From Vicinamibacterales bacterium (GTDB lineage: Bacteria > Acidobacteriota > Vicinamibacteria > Vicinamibacterales > JAMQPK01), in assembly GCA_963850295.1 (NCBI GenBank), contig CAWKKU010000006.1, positions 92,240-156,239 of the forward strand: a stretch of 64,000 bases of DNA. Direction: 5' to 3'. A program made the translations under genes and the position numbers. Shown one piece after another: positions 27,097 to 35,929 of the stretch (positions are counted from its first letter, which is position 1; the number at the start of each line of letters is the position of its first letter). The notes under the pieces are model-generated. The model saw nothing but the letters and a program-made list of their open reading frames with translations, searched no databases and was not told where the DNA came from.

Positions 27097-27366
27097 GTGT
27101 CGAGATCGGTTAGAGATTTCGTGATTTCCATCGCCGCTCTGCTGGTGCTGACGGCGGGGCTGGTATCGATCAACCCGCGGCTTCGTGAGCGGGCGGCGCA
27201 GATCCTGACGGATCCGCAGTTGGAGTCGGCGACCGGCACGGTGCAACAGGTGGCCGGATCGGCCGTGCTGGTGCTGCGCGGCTACGCCGGAGAGAACACG
27301 TATCTGTTTACGTTCCTCGTCGCCGCCTGCTGCTTCGTCGTGTTGATGCTGAAGGTTATCTCGTGA
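27097..27366 (+). CDS. small 2-TM membrane protein (89 aa), hypothetical
   Basis: GTG 27097 follows AAAGGAG. Hydrophobic helices FVISIAALLVLTAGLV and YLFTFLVAACCFVVLML. Its stop overlaps the next start (GTGA). Confidence 0.55.
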   Translation: MSRSVRDFVISIAALLVLTAGLVSINPRLRERAAQILTDPQLESATGTVQQVAGSAVLVLRGYAGENTYLFTFLVAACCFVVLMLKVIS

Positions 27367-30263
27367 GCCTCATCCTCGTCGTCCAGCCCGATGCCTCGCA
27401 AACGCGAGTGCTGCAAGAGGTCGCGCGCACGCTCGGCGTCGAGCTCGCCGTCGTCGATTCGACGAAACGCGCCGTCGACGCGATCAGCAGGAAGGTTCCG
27501 GACCTGATTCTGCTGAGCCCGATTCTGTCGCCGCGCGACGAAGACACCCTCATGACGTGCCTTCGTTCGCTCGACGGCGCATCACATCTGCAGACGGTCG
27601 CGATTCCGCAGTTCCGCGGGGAGAACACGGCAGCCGCCAAGAAGTCGGGGTTCGGCTTTCGAAAGAAAAAACCCGTCGAGGTTGCCGTCGGCGCCGATCC
27701 GAAGGAGTTTGCCAACGAGGTGGCCGCTCACCTTTCACGTGCCGCCGAAATTCGTAATCGGCCGCCGGCCGCCGAGCCGACGAAATCCGTGATCGAGTCC
27801 GGTGTGTTCTCGTCCAGCGCGTTTTACGCACCGAACGCACCTGTCGCACCCGACGCGCCCAACGCACCCAGGACGATGGGCACCTGGCATTCCGAGCCGC
27901 AGGCCCCATCGTACTCATGGAGTGACGAGGACGACATCGCGGCCTCGGCGATCATCGACCAGTCGATTGCGGAAGAGCAGCCGGCGGCGCCGCCGATCAT
28001 CAATATAGAGGAACCCTTCGTCCCGGCCCCGGTTGCCGCCGAGCCGGCGAAGCCGGCGGCGCGGGCGCCGTCGATCGCGGATGAGATCAGCCAGCTCGTG
28101 CGCCAGCTGGGCCTCGACGTGAAGCTGGGAGAGATTGACGAGGACACGCCGTCTTCCGTCTCCGCCGATCAGAACGACGATGTCTACGATTTCGGTGCGT
28201 CGCTCGATCGCGCGCGGAACCAGAACAAACTGAGCGACGAGCCTGCCGTCTCTGTCGCCGACGCCGAGGCGATCCGCGAGCGGGCGGTCGCGGAGGCGCG
28301 CGCGGTTGCGGAGCGTGAGGCCCGCCAGGCCAGCGCCGCAGAGATCGCCCGCGTGCAGGCGGAAGCCGAAACGATTCGCGATGCCGCGGTGGCTGAAGCG
28401 CGGGCGGCCGCCGAACGGGAAGCCCGCGAGGCGGTTGCCGCCGATCTTGCGCGCGTACAGATTGAGGCTGAGCAGATGCGCGAGGCGGCCATCGCCGAAG
28501 CGCGCGCGGCCGCCGAACGGGAGGCGCGCGAAGCCGTCGCGGCCGATCTGGCGCGTGTGCAGAGCGAAGCCGAGCAGATGCGGGAGTCGGCCATTGCAGA
28601 GGCGAAGGCCGCGGCCGAGCGCGAGGCCAGGGCGACGCTGGCCGCGGAGGTCGAGCGCGTCAGATCGGAGGCCCAGTCGACATTCACCGATGCACTGAAC
28701 AAGGTGAAGGTAGAGGCGGAGGAGGCCGAGCGGCGCCGGATGGAGGAAGAGCGCGCCAAGATGGAACAGGAGCGCGCCAAGGTCGAGCGGGCGAATGCCG
28801 AGGCGCAGGAGGCGTTCGCTCGGGAGCTCGCACGGGTGCGCGCGGAAGTCGAGGAGTCGCTCCAGGCGCAGCTCGACGCGGCACGGTCCGAGGCGGAGCG
28901 GATTCGCGCGGCGGAAGCAGAGGCGGCGCGCGAACGGGCGACGGTCGAAAGCCAGCTCAAGGCAGAGCTCGATCGGCTGAAGTTCGTCACTGCACAGGCA
29001 AGGAAAGCCGACGAGTCGGAGACCAAGCGCGCCTCTCATCAGATCAAACAGCTCGAGGCCGAGCTCGCGACCGTCCGCGCCAAAGCGGAAGAGCGCAAGG
29101 TCGATCATCTGGAAGAGTTACGCGCGCAGATGGCCGAAATGCGCGAAGCCGCGGCCCATCACGCGCGCGCGGCGGCAGCGGAGGCGGTTGCGGCAGAAGT
29201 GGCCCGCGCGACGGCCCAGGCCGCCGCCACGGCGCATATGACAGTGGCGCCGCAGCTGGCTGTGGGCGGCGGATATGCCAGGCCAACGGCCGTCATCACA
29301 CAGTTTCCGGCGCGTGACATGCCGAGGTTCGAGCCCCCGCACGAGGAGCCGGCGGAGCGGAACAGCCGCGACTACCTGAGCTTGTGGCAGCCCAAGGCAG
29401 CGCCGCCCCCGGCGGAAGTTCCCGACACGCCGGAACCAGAAGAAGACGGAGAGAGTCTCCTCTCGACAGTCGCGTCAATTGATTTCAAACGGCACGCGAA
29501 ATGGGCGCTGCCTGTTGCGGCGTGTCTCCTTCTCGTCACGGGCACCGGCACGGCCATCAGCACTGTCGCGAATCTCGTGAAGAGCGAGGAGAAGCCCGCA
29601 TTGACAGTGCAGCCAATCAAGGACGAACCGTTTATCGAGGTGGTCGAAAAGCGCGTTGGCCGAATCCGGATAGATTCGACGCCGGCGTCGGCGGAAGCCA
29701 TCATCAACGGCAAGAGCTATGGACGCACGCCGCTGACGATTCCCGACCTCGAGGCCGGCCTGCACACGCTCGTGCTGAAGAGCAGTGCAGGCACCATTAC
29801 CAGAAAGGTCACGGTAAAGGCGAACCAGACCACGATGGTCTCCGAAGCCGTTTTTTCGGGGTGGATGGCAATCTTCTCGGCCATTCCGGTAAAAGTGATC
29901 GTGGACGGCCGGCCGGTGCGTCTCAACGACGACAGCCGGGTGATGACGGCGCCAGGCAAGCGGACCGTCGAGTTCGTGAGCGAGCAGTTCAACTATCGCG
30001 TCACCGAAACGATCGACGTGCGTCCGGGTGAGACGACCGCGTTCACGCTGACGCTGCCGATGAGCAAGGTGCGGGTGAGCGCGCCGGCGGGCTCGGAGAT
30101 TCGCGTCGACGGTCAGCCGGCGGCGGGTATTCCGTCGGAAGGCCTGTCGGTCTCCATCGGCGCGCATGAAATCAGCGCAATTCATCCGGAGCGCGGCGAG
30201 CGGCGCGTCTCGGTTGACGTCAAACACGGCCGCTTGAACGAAGTATCGCTCCACTATGACTAA
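27363..30263 (+). CDS. 966-aa membrane protein: pseudo-receiver, long Ala/Glu/Arg coiled coil, TM helix, three PEGA domains
   Basis: N-terminal REC-like fold (ILVVQPD...VPDLILLSP, with the acceptor Asp position replaced). About 400 aa of coiled coil including 4 x 34-aa repeats. TM helix WALPVAACLLLVTGTGTAISTV. PEGA units (RIRIDSTPASAEAIINGKSYGRTPL..., VRVSAPAGSEIRVDGQP...). No frameshift. Confidence 0.8.
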   Translation: MSLILVVQPDASQTRVLQEVARTLGVELAVVDSTKRAVDAISRKVPDLILLSPILSPRDEDTLMTCLRSLDGASHLQTVAIPQFRGENTAAAKKSGFGFRKKKPVEVAVGADPKEFANEVAAHLSRAAEIRNRPPAAEPTKSVIESGVFSSSAFYAPNAPVAPDAPNAPRTMGTWHSEPQAPSYSWSDEDDIAASAIIDQSIAEEQPAAPPIINIEEPFVPAPVAAEPAKPAARAPSIADEISQLVRQLGLDVKLGEIDEDTPSSVSADQNDDVYDFGASLDRARNQNKLSDEPAVSVADAEAIRERAVAEARAVAEREARQASAAEIARVQAEAETIRDAAVAEARAAAEREAREAVAADLARVQIEAEQMREAAIAEARAAAEREAREAVAADLARVQSEAEQMRESAIAEAKAAAEREARATLAAEVERVRSEAQSTFTDALNKVKVEAEEAERRRMEEERAKMEQERAKVERANAEAQEAFARELARVRAEVEESLQAQLDAARSEAERIRAAEAEAARERATVESQLKAELDRLKFVTAQARKADESETKRASHQIKQLEAELATVRAKAEERKVDHLEELRAQMAEMREAAAHHARAAAAEAVAAEVARATAQAAATAHMTVAPQLAVGGGYARPTAVITQFPARDMPRFEPPHEEPAERNSRDYLSLWQPKAAPPPAEVPDTPEPEEDGESLLSTVASIDFKRHAKWALPVAACLLLVTGTGTAISTVANLVKSEEKPALTVQPIKDEPFIEVVEKRVGRIRIDSTPASAEAIINGKSYGRTPLTIPDLEAGLHTLVLKSSAGTITRKVTVKANQTTMVSEAVFSGWMAIFSAIPVKVIVDGRPVRLNDDSRVMTAPGKRTVEFVSEQFNYRVTETIDVRPGETTAFTLTLPMSKVRVSAPAGSEIRVDGQPAAGIPSEGLSVSIGAHEISAIHPERGERRVSVDVKHGRLNEVSLHYD
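28290..28697 (+). repeat. in-frame tandem repeat, 4 x 102 bp (34 aa)
   Basis: Units start at 28290, 28392, 28494 and 28596. The peptide unit is AEARAAAEREAREAVAADLARVQxEAEQMREAAI. The two middle units are nearly identical. Confidence 0.9.
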
Positions 30264-30624
30264 CACCGCCGTCGCCCGTAACGTGGCGACTGGAACGATC
30301 GTCGCGGATCGCGTAGCTGTGGCGTCGAACAGACGCGATCGTGCCGTCGGTCTGCTGACGCGCAGTCATCTCGAGCCTGGCGAAGGGCTGTGGATCACGC
30401 CGTGCCGCGGCGTGCATACCTGGTTCATGCGGTTTCCGATCGACGTGCTCGCGCTCGATCAGGACGGGTTCGTCGTCGATGCGGTATCGACGCTGAAGCC
30501 CTGGCGGATGCGGCTGCCGAAGCGCGGCGAGCACAGCGTGCTCGAGCTTCCGGCCGGAACGCTGGCCAGCGCAGGCACAAAAGTGGGTCACCGAATCAAG
30601 ATTGAGTCGGCAGCTTCACACTGA
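30256..30624 (+). CDS. DUF192 domain protein
   Basis: ATG 30256 lies inside the last codons of the upstream gene (8-nt overlap). GLWITPCRGVHTWFMRFPIDVLALDQDG is the DUF192 core as I recall it. Confidence 0.7.
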   Translation: MTNTAVARNVATGTIVADRVAVASNRRDRAVGLLTRSHLEPGEGLWITPCRGVHTWFMRFPIDVLALDQDGFVVDAVSTLKPWRMRLPKRGEHSVLELPAGTLASAGTKVGHRIKIESAASH

Positions 30625-30640
30625 ACGCATTTTTCACTGG

Positions 30641-30732
30641 TCTTCTCTGTCTCAACACGGACACACGGAGACACGGAGTTCTTCGAACCACGAAGGCACG
30701 AAAGAACCACGAAGACACGAAGCACACGAAGG
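30641..30732. repeat. two adjacent oligomer-repeat blocks (CTCTGTC/CACGGAG, then CACGAAG family)
   Basis: 30641-30678 is tcttctctgtctcaacacggacacacggagacacggag. 30688-30732 is ccacgaaggcacgaaagaaccacgaagacacgaagcacacgaagg, the reverse complement of the CTTCGTG family. Confidence 0.8.
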
Positions 30733-30773
30733 CGACAACACGACGACGCGATGGCTCGATGGGGTCATGACGC

Positions 30774-30794
30774 GTTGGCCGCGATGCGGCCAAC
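30774..30794. terminator. hairpin GTTGGCCGC-gat-GCGGCCAAC
   Basis: Perfect 9-bp stem in the convergent gap between the DUF192 (+) and DUF4281 (-) genes. Confidence 0.5.
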
Positions 30795-30824
30795 GAGAAG
30801 TCGATGCGAGATAAAGCGATTGAT

Positions 30825-30896
30825 CTCCGTGGCTCTGTGCCTCTGTGTCGAGGTAGTAATCCCTTGAAGGAATTCTCTTAATCTCTTAACCTCCTG
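30825..30896. repeat. oligomer-repeat blocks (CTCYGTG family, then CTCTTAA/CTCCT family)
   Basis: ctccgtggctctgtgcctctgtgtcg (30825-30850) is complementary in sense to the cacggag units at 30655-30678. ctcttaatctcttaacctcctg (30875-30896) resembles the arms at 9253-9274. Confidence 0.7.
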
Positions 30897-31315
30897 CCAG
30901 GCTCCTGGAGCGGATCGATCTCACTCCCAGATACGCCAGCCACCCGGCGGGTCCGAATAAAAACGTCAGCACGAGACAGGGGACGACGAACAGGTGCGGA
31001 ATCTTGCGGTCGCGCGCGTCCCGCACCTCCCAGCTGCCGATCAGCAGGTCGAAGGCAAGGTAGTGAATCCAGCCCGCGAGCAGGAGCCACGGGTTGCTGA
31101 ACAGCAGCCGGACGTCGGTGAGCGTCGAGAAGCCCCCCTCGCTGCTCGAAAAATGCACGGCGACGATCGCGGTGTAGAGCCCGGCAAACAATGCGGGAAT
31201 TGCCATGCCGGCAACGGTATCAGCGACCCACTTCCGCTTCGGTAACGCCGCAAGCAGGATCCATCCGCATAGCGGCGATCAGATTCGCGATCGAGAACAC
31301 TTGTTCTGGTGCCAT
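30886..31315 (-). CDS. DUF4281 (ABA4-like) membrane protein, one frameshift
   Basis: ATG 31315 gives MAPEQVFSIANLIAA. A frame change near 31265 leads to WILLAALPKRKWVADTVAGMAIPALF..., then WIHYLAFDLLIG. Confidence 0.6.
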
Positions 31316-31325
31316 GACTACCTCC

Positions 31326-32271
31326 TCAATAAACGACCGCGTTGACGCGTGCCGGCTCGGATCGCCCTGCCGCAGCCCAGATGCCCGTGGCTGACAGCAC
31401 TGCCCACGCCGCGAACGTGCCGAGCGTCCTCGCATCCGGGGCGATCACGGATTGCCCGCGCACCGCCTGCCACAGCAACAGCACGAAGAGCGTCCCGTAG
31501 CTCGCCGATATCGCCAGCACCAAACGCACCCGCCGCGCCTCGTGCCGTCGCCGGCCGGCGAACATCACCCCGAGGAGCGGGATCAACTGCAGGGCATGAA
31601 GGCCGATGAAGTGTGCGACGCGGAGATCACCGTGTTCGACGCTCCACCCCGTGCCAGGCAATCCTGGTCCGCCGTCCGGAGCTCCCACGGTATGTGCCCC
31701 CGCAATCGTCATGCGGTGGCCGGCCCGCGCGCCTTCGAGCTGTGCCGCAGTGGGCCGGGTCATCAATCCGCCGGACAGCGCACCGACGATTGTCAGTGTC
31801 ATGCCCAGCCGCAGGGCCCAGCCCAGTGCCCGGTCGGCAAATGAGTGCCTCCACAGGGCAACGGCGACAGCTATTGCCGACAACGTCTGGACGACGATGG
31901 CGAGCCCCATGGTGGTGAACAACACGCCGTCGAGGACCGTGCCGACGTTGAAGTGACTCGTGGTGCCGCGGAATGCCTGAAGATCGATGATCACGATCTC
32001 GAGCAGCAGCGTCACCGTCGTTACCCAGCTCACTGATCGTGCGAGTCCTCCGCCACTCGGGGATGAAGGTGAAGACCCACGCGAGCGTGAGGCAGTAGAT
32101 CGCGATCGAGGCGGCGAATTTCGCCGGCTTGAGCCATGCCGGTGCGCCGCCGATGACGCGGGGATCGACCACGAGGGCTACCGCCGTCGCGCCAAGCACG
32201 GCGACCATGAGGAGCCCCAGGGCTGTCAGCCTCGCGTCCGTCTTCCACAGTGTGGTGAGCGTATTGTTCAT
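31326..32271 (-). CDS. polytopic membrane protein, family not recognised, one frameshift
   Basis: ATG 32271 (MNNTLTTLWKTDARLTALGLLMVAVLG...). Frame change near 32035 into ORF 31326-32033. Divergent from the TetR gene. Confidence 0.55.
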
Positions 32272-32293
32272 GGCGTCTTCTCCTTGCCGTGCC

Positions 32294-32346
32294 AATGTTG
32301 TCGCTGTCAACATAAACATAGCGGACTATGTTGACATTGTCAACAT
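32294..32346. promoter_or_regulatory. TetR operator candidates (ATGTTGACA / TGTCAACAT palindromes)
   Basis: Perfect 19-bp palindrome ATGTTGACA-T-TGTCAACAT at 32328-32346. A second imperfect site ATGTTGtcgcTGTCAACAT lies at 32294-32313. Both sit in the 94-bp divergent gap. Confidence 0.55.
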
Positions 32347-32365
32347 ACACCATTACCATGGTCTG

Positions 32366-32959
32366 GTGACCCGGAAACGTCAGTCCTACCACCACGGCGA
32401 CCTGTCCCGGGCCCTCCTGCGCCAGGCGCTTCATACGATTCAGAAAGACGGCGTCGACGCGCTGACGCTCCGCGCGGTGGGCGAGAAGCTGGGCGTGTCG
32501 CGTACGGCGTTGTACCGCCATTTCGCCGACAAATCGGCATTGCTCGCCGCGGTTGCGAGCGAAGGCTTCCGGACCCTCCGCGCGCGGTTGGAGGACGCCT
32601 GGAAAACGCACCGGGGCGGCCGCAAAGGCTTCGAGGCGATGGGGGCGGCCTACGTGCGCTTTGCCGTCGACCATCCGTCGCACTACCGCGTCATGTTCGG
32701 CGGCTTCGTGAAAGATGAGACGCCCGACACCGAACTTGCGGTCGAAGGGGCCGCGGCGTTTCAGACGCTTGTCGATGCGATCGTCGCGCTTCAGAAGCAG
32801 GGAAGCGTCCGGGCCGACGATCCACAGCAGCTGGCGCAATACATCTGGGCGACCGTGCACGGCATCGCGATGCTCGCCATCGATGGTCTGCTCAGGCAGC
32901 CCGTAGACGAAGCGATCCGCTTCGCCAACGAACGGATGAGGACAGGCTTCCATTCCTGA
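32366..32959 (+). CDS. TetR/AcrR family transcriptional regulator
   Basis: GTG 32366. HTH region LTLRAVGEKLGVSRTALYRHFADKSALL. Confidence 0.85.
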   Translation: MTRKRQSYHHGDLSRALLRQALHTIQKDGVDALTLRAVGEKLGVSRTALYRHFADKSALLAAVASEGFRTLRARLEDAWKTHRGGRKGFEAMGAAYVRFAVDHPSHYRVMFGGFVKDETPDTELAVEGAAAFQTLVDAIVALQKQGSVRADDPQQLAQYIWATVHGIAMLAIDGLLRQPVDEAIRFANERMRTGFHS

Positions 32960-32970
32960 TGCTTGGATGA

Positions 32971-33039
32971 ACCACAGAGGACTCAGAGATTCACAGCAGA
33001 TGCATTTGTCTTCTCTGTGCTCTCTGTGAGCTCTGTGGT
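32971..33039. repeat. long imperfect hairpin built from CTCTGTG-family units
   Basis: The element runs from accacagaggactcagagattcacag to ctctgtgctctctgtgagctctgtggt, and its outer 9 nt are perfectly complementary. Lies after the TetR stop. Confidence 0.75.
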
Positions 33040-33131
33040 GTGAAGAACGTCAGCACCGGGCACCTTTTGACATACCATCCGATTTCACGACACGATAGAC
33101 GCCTCAGCCAAAGTCCCCACGATCATGCACA

Positions 33132-34604
33132 ATGACGCGCGACCGATTGAGCGAGACGCTTACCGGGCTCGACCCATGGGCACACGCCGAACTGCCGGAC
33201 GCGCCGCAGCCGCGCGGCTTGCAGTGGCTCACCTTCGTTGGACCGGGGGTAATCGTGCTGGGGCTGTCCCTTGGGGGCGGAGAGTTTCTGCTGGGTCCTA
33301 CCGCGTTCGTCCGCTACGGGTTGTCGCTGCTGTGGATCACGCTCGTCGCCGTGTTCTTTCAGACAATCTTCAACACGGAGCTGATGCGGTACACGGTGGC
33401 GACGGGGGAGCCGGCATTCACCGGTTTCATGCGGACGAAGCCCGGACGCGCGTTCTGGGCGTGGTTCTACGTCGGCATGTACTTGCTGCAGGTTGGCTGG
33501 CCGTATTCAGCCGGTCTGTCCGCGGGCGCGATCTTCTTCCTCGCGACGGGACGGATCGCGACACCCCAGGACGCGGCGACGATTTATCAGATCGGTGTCG
33601 GCACCTTTCTTCTCTGTATCGCACTCTTGACGCTGGGCCGCCGCATCGAGCGCACGCTGGAACTGTTGAACTGGGTGATGGTGGTCTGTATTCTGGGCGG
33701 CTTCCTTGCCCTTGCGCTGTTCTTCGTGCCTTTGTCGGTCTGGGCCGCGGCGTTTGTCGGCATGGCCGGTTTCGATCTCCCGAATCGGACGTTCAGCTTC
33801 GTCCCTCGAAACGCCGACTTTCAGCTGCTGGCGGCGCTCGCCGGGTATTCGGGCGCGGGAGGTATGGTCAACATCGCGCTCTCCAGCTGGGCGCGCGACA
33901 AGGGATACGGAATGGGGCAGCGGGTTGGATACATTCCGGCGGCGGTCGGCGGCCACAAGGTGAAGCTCGCGCATACCGGCTACATCTTCACGCCGACGGG
34001 CGACAACATGCGCCGATGGACCGGCTGGTGGCGGATCGTCCGCGCCGATCAATGGGGCGTGTTTTTTACCGGTGCGCTGCTCGGCATGGTTCTGCCGGCG
34101 GTTCTCTACGTCACGCTGCTGCCGGAAGGGACCAACATCCAGGGATTAGGCATGGCGGCGGCGCTGGCGTCGGCTGTGGGATCGCGCGCGGGAGCAATCC
34201 TGGGCGGTCTCGTGGCCGTTCTCGCGGCCTGGATCCTCTTCAAGACGCAGCTCGACATCATTGAGAGCATGGTGCGCTCGCTCACCGACATCGTCTGGAC
34301 CGGAAGCCGTCGCGCCCGGACGGCCACGGGCGGAGATGTGCGTGTCGTGTATTACAGCGCGCTCGCGCTCGTATGCCTCTGGGGAATCTTTGCGTTGCGG
34401 CTCGCGCAGCCGATCACGCTCATCCTGCTCGCGGCGAACGTGGCGTCGGTCGTGTTTACCATCGCCTCGATACACTTGCTGTATGTGAACTGCCGCCTGT
34501 TGCCCCCCGCTCTCCGGCCGCCGATGTGGCGCCGCGTGGTGCTCGTGGCAATGGCGGTCTTCTATGGGTTCTTTACCGCGCTGTCGATTCGGGCGCTGCT
34601 GTAA
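33132..34604 (+). CDS. Nramp-related polytopic transporter
   Basis: 490 aa, about 11-12 TM helices, intact. N-terminal GPGVIVLGLSLGGGEFLLGP and MRYTVATGEP resemble the Nramp/MntH-like superfamily. Confidence 0.65.
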   Translation: MTRDRLSETLTGLDPWAHAELPDAPQPRGLQWLTFVGPGVIVLGLSLGGGEFLLGPTAFVRYGLSLLWITLVAVFFQTIFNTELMRYTVATGEPAFTGFMRTKPGRAFWAWFYVGMYLLQVGWPYSAGLSAGAIFFLATGRIATPQDAATIYQIGVGTFLLCIALLTLGRRIERTLELLNWVMVVCILGGFLALALFFVPLSVWAAAFVGMAGFDLPNRTFSFVPRNADFQLLAALAGYSGAGGMVNIALSSWARDKGYGMGQRVGYIPAAVGGHKVKLAHTGYIFTPTGDNMRRWTGWWRIVRADQWGVFFTGALLGMVLPAVLYVTLLPEGTNIQGLGMAAALASAVGSRAGAILGGLVAVLAAWILFKTQLDIIESMVRSLTDIVWTGSRRARTATGGDVRVVYYSALALVCLWGIFALRLAQPITLILLAANVASVVFTIASIHLLYVNCRLLPPALRPPMWRRVVLVAMAVFYGFFTALSIRALL

Positions 34605-34610
34605 ATGCAC

Positions 34611-34630
34611 GGCAGGACTTCAGTCCTGTC
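34611..34630. terminator. hairpin GGCAGGAC-TTCA-GTCCTGTC
   Basis: Lies 7 nt after the transporter stop. Shares the 16-mer CAGGACTTCAGTCCTG with 12113-12130. Confidence 0.5.
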
Positions 34631-34657
34631 ACGGGCCCGAAGTAAGATGTAGGGCTC

Positions 34658-35636
34658 ATGAAACTCGCGACGTTCGAGATACCCACACCGCTCGGCCCTG
34701 TGCGCCGCATTGGTGCCGCCGTCGATGGTCACCTGGTTGATCTTGCGGCCGGATACGCGGCACACCTCGATGCGGCCGATCCCGGATGCGACGCGCAACG
34801 CCTTGCCGGGATGCTCTTTCCCTCGGATATGGTGGCGTTCATCGGCTGCGGCGAGGTTGGCCGCAAGGCCGCGGATCAGGCGATCGCAGCCGTCCGCCAG
34901 GACATCCGACGCATTTGGCGCCCGCACACGCTACAAGCCCTCAGAGGTCAGACTGCTCGCACCCGTGCCGCGTCCGCGCGTGATTCGCGACTTTCTGACG
35001 TTCGAAGGACACATGCTGAAGGCTGGTCAAGCGCTCGGCCGACCCTCGATCCCGCCCGTGTGGTACGAAGTGCCCGCGTACTATAAAGGGGATCCCGACA
35101 CGGTCTCGGGTCCCGAGGACGTGATTGAATGGCCGAAATACAGCGAGAAGTTCGATTTCGAACTCGAGCTCGCGGTGGTCATCGGAAGACGCGGCAAGAA
35201 CATCAGCAAATCCGACGCACGCCGCTACATCGCGGGCTACACCATCTGGAACGATTGGAGCGCCCGGGATCAGCAGATGAAAGAAGGCCCGCTCGGCATG
35301 GGCCCGAGCAAGGGCAAGGACTTCGACACGGGCAATACAATCGGCCCGTATCTGGTCACGGCGGACGAGCTCGACGTGAGCAACCTTCGCATGACCGCGA
35401 AGATCAACGGCGAGACCTGGACGGACTCGACGACCGCCGGCCGGCAGTTCTCGTTTGAAGATCTCATCGTGCACGTGTCGCAGAGCGAGACGATCTATCC
35501 CGGCGAGTTATGGGGATCGGGCACCACGACCGGAGGCAGCGGTCTCGAGCTCGATCGCTGGCTCAAGCCGGGAGACGTGGTGGAATTCGAAATCGAAGGC
35601 ATTGGAATATTGCGGAACCGTATAGAGAGGAGATGA
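34658..35636 (+). CDS. fumarylacetoacetate hydrolase (FAH) family protein, one frameshift
   Basis: MKLATFE... Frame change near 34910. The C-terminal domain carries FDFELELAVVIG, GYTIWNDWSARD and PGDVVEFEIEGIG. Confidence 0.8.
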
Positions 35637-35929
35637 ACATGTACGTCGTTGCTGCGGAGTACTACACGAAAGAAGGCAAGGACAAAGAAATCATCGACAT
35701 CCTGAAGAAGATGATCCCGCTTTCGCGAGCCGAACCGGGCTGCAAGCTCTACATGGTGAATCAGTCGCCCGAAGATCCGCGGAAGCTGCTGTTGTACGAA
35801 CAGTACGTCGATGAAGACGGATACAAGGCGCATCAGGCAACGGATGCCTTCAAGGAGAACATCCTCGGCAAGGTCGTTCCGAATCTCGAAAGCCGTGTCC
35901 GTCACTTCTACGAGGTCGTCGAGCCGTGA
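35633..35929 (+). CDS. antibiotic biosynthesis monooxygenase (ABM) family protein
   Basis: ATG 35633 overlaps the FAH stop (ATGA); ATG 35639 is an alternative start. EPGCKLYMVNQS and LYEQYVDEDGYKAHQ. Confidence 0.75.
   Translation: MNMYVVAAEYYTKEGKDKEIIDILKKMIPLSRAEPGCKLYMVNQSPEDPRKLLLYEQYVDEDGYKAHQATDAFKENILGKVVPNLESRVRHFYEVVEP

Noticed and set aside
28290-28697. Possible CRISPR array (regular direct repeats); the same question applies to the heptamer arrays across the window
   Set aside because: The 102-bp units are contiguous with no spacers and are in frame inside a CDS. The intergenic arrays have 7-8-nt periods, far too short for CRISPR repeats, and no cas genes are present.
27915-29108. 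Minus-strand ORFs (397 aa and 280 aa) opposite the coiled-coil region of the PEGA protein
   Set aside because: The GC-rich Ala/Glu/Arg coding repeats are open on the opposite strand by composition alone. The products are Arg/Leu/Ser/Ala low-complexity, and the plus frame is continuous for 966 codons with domain structure.
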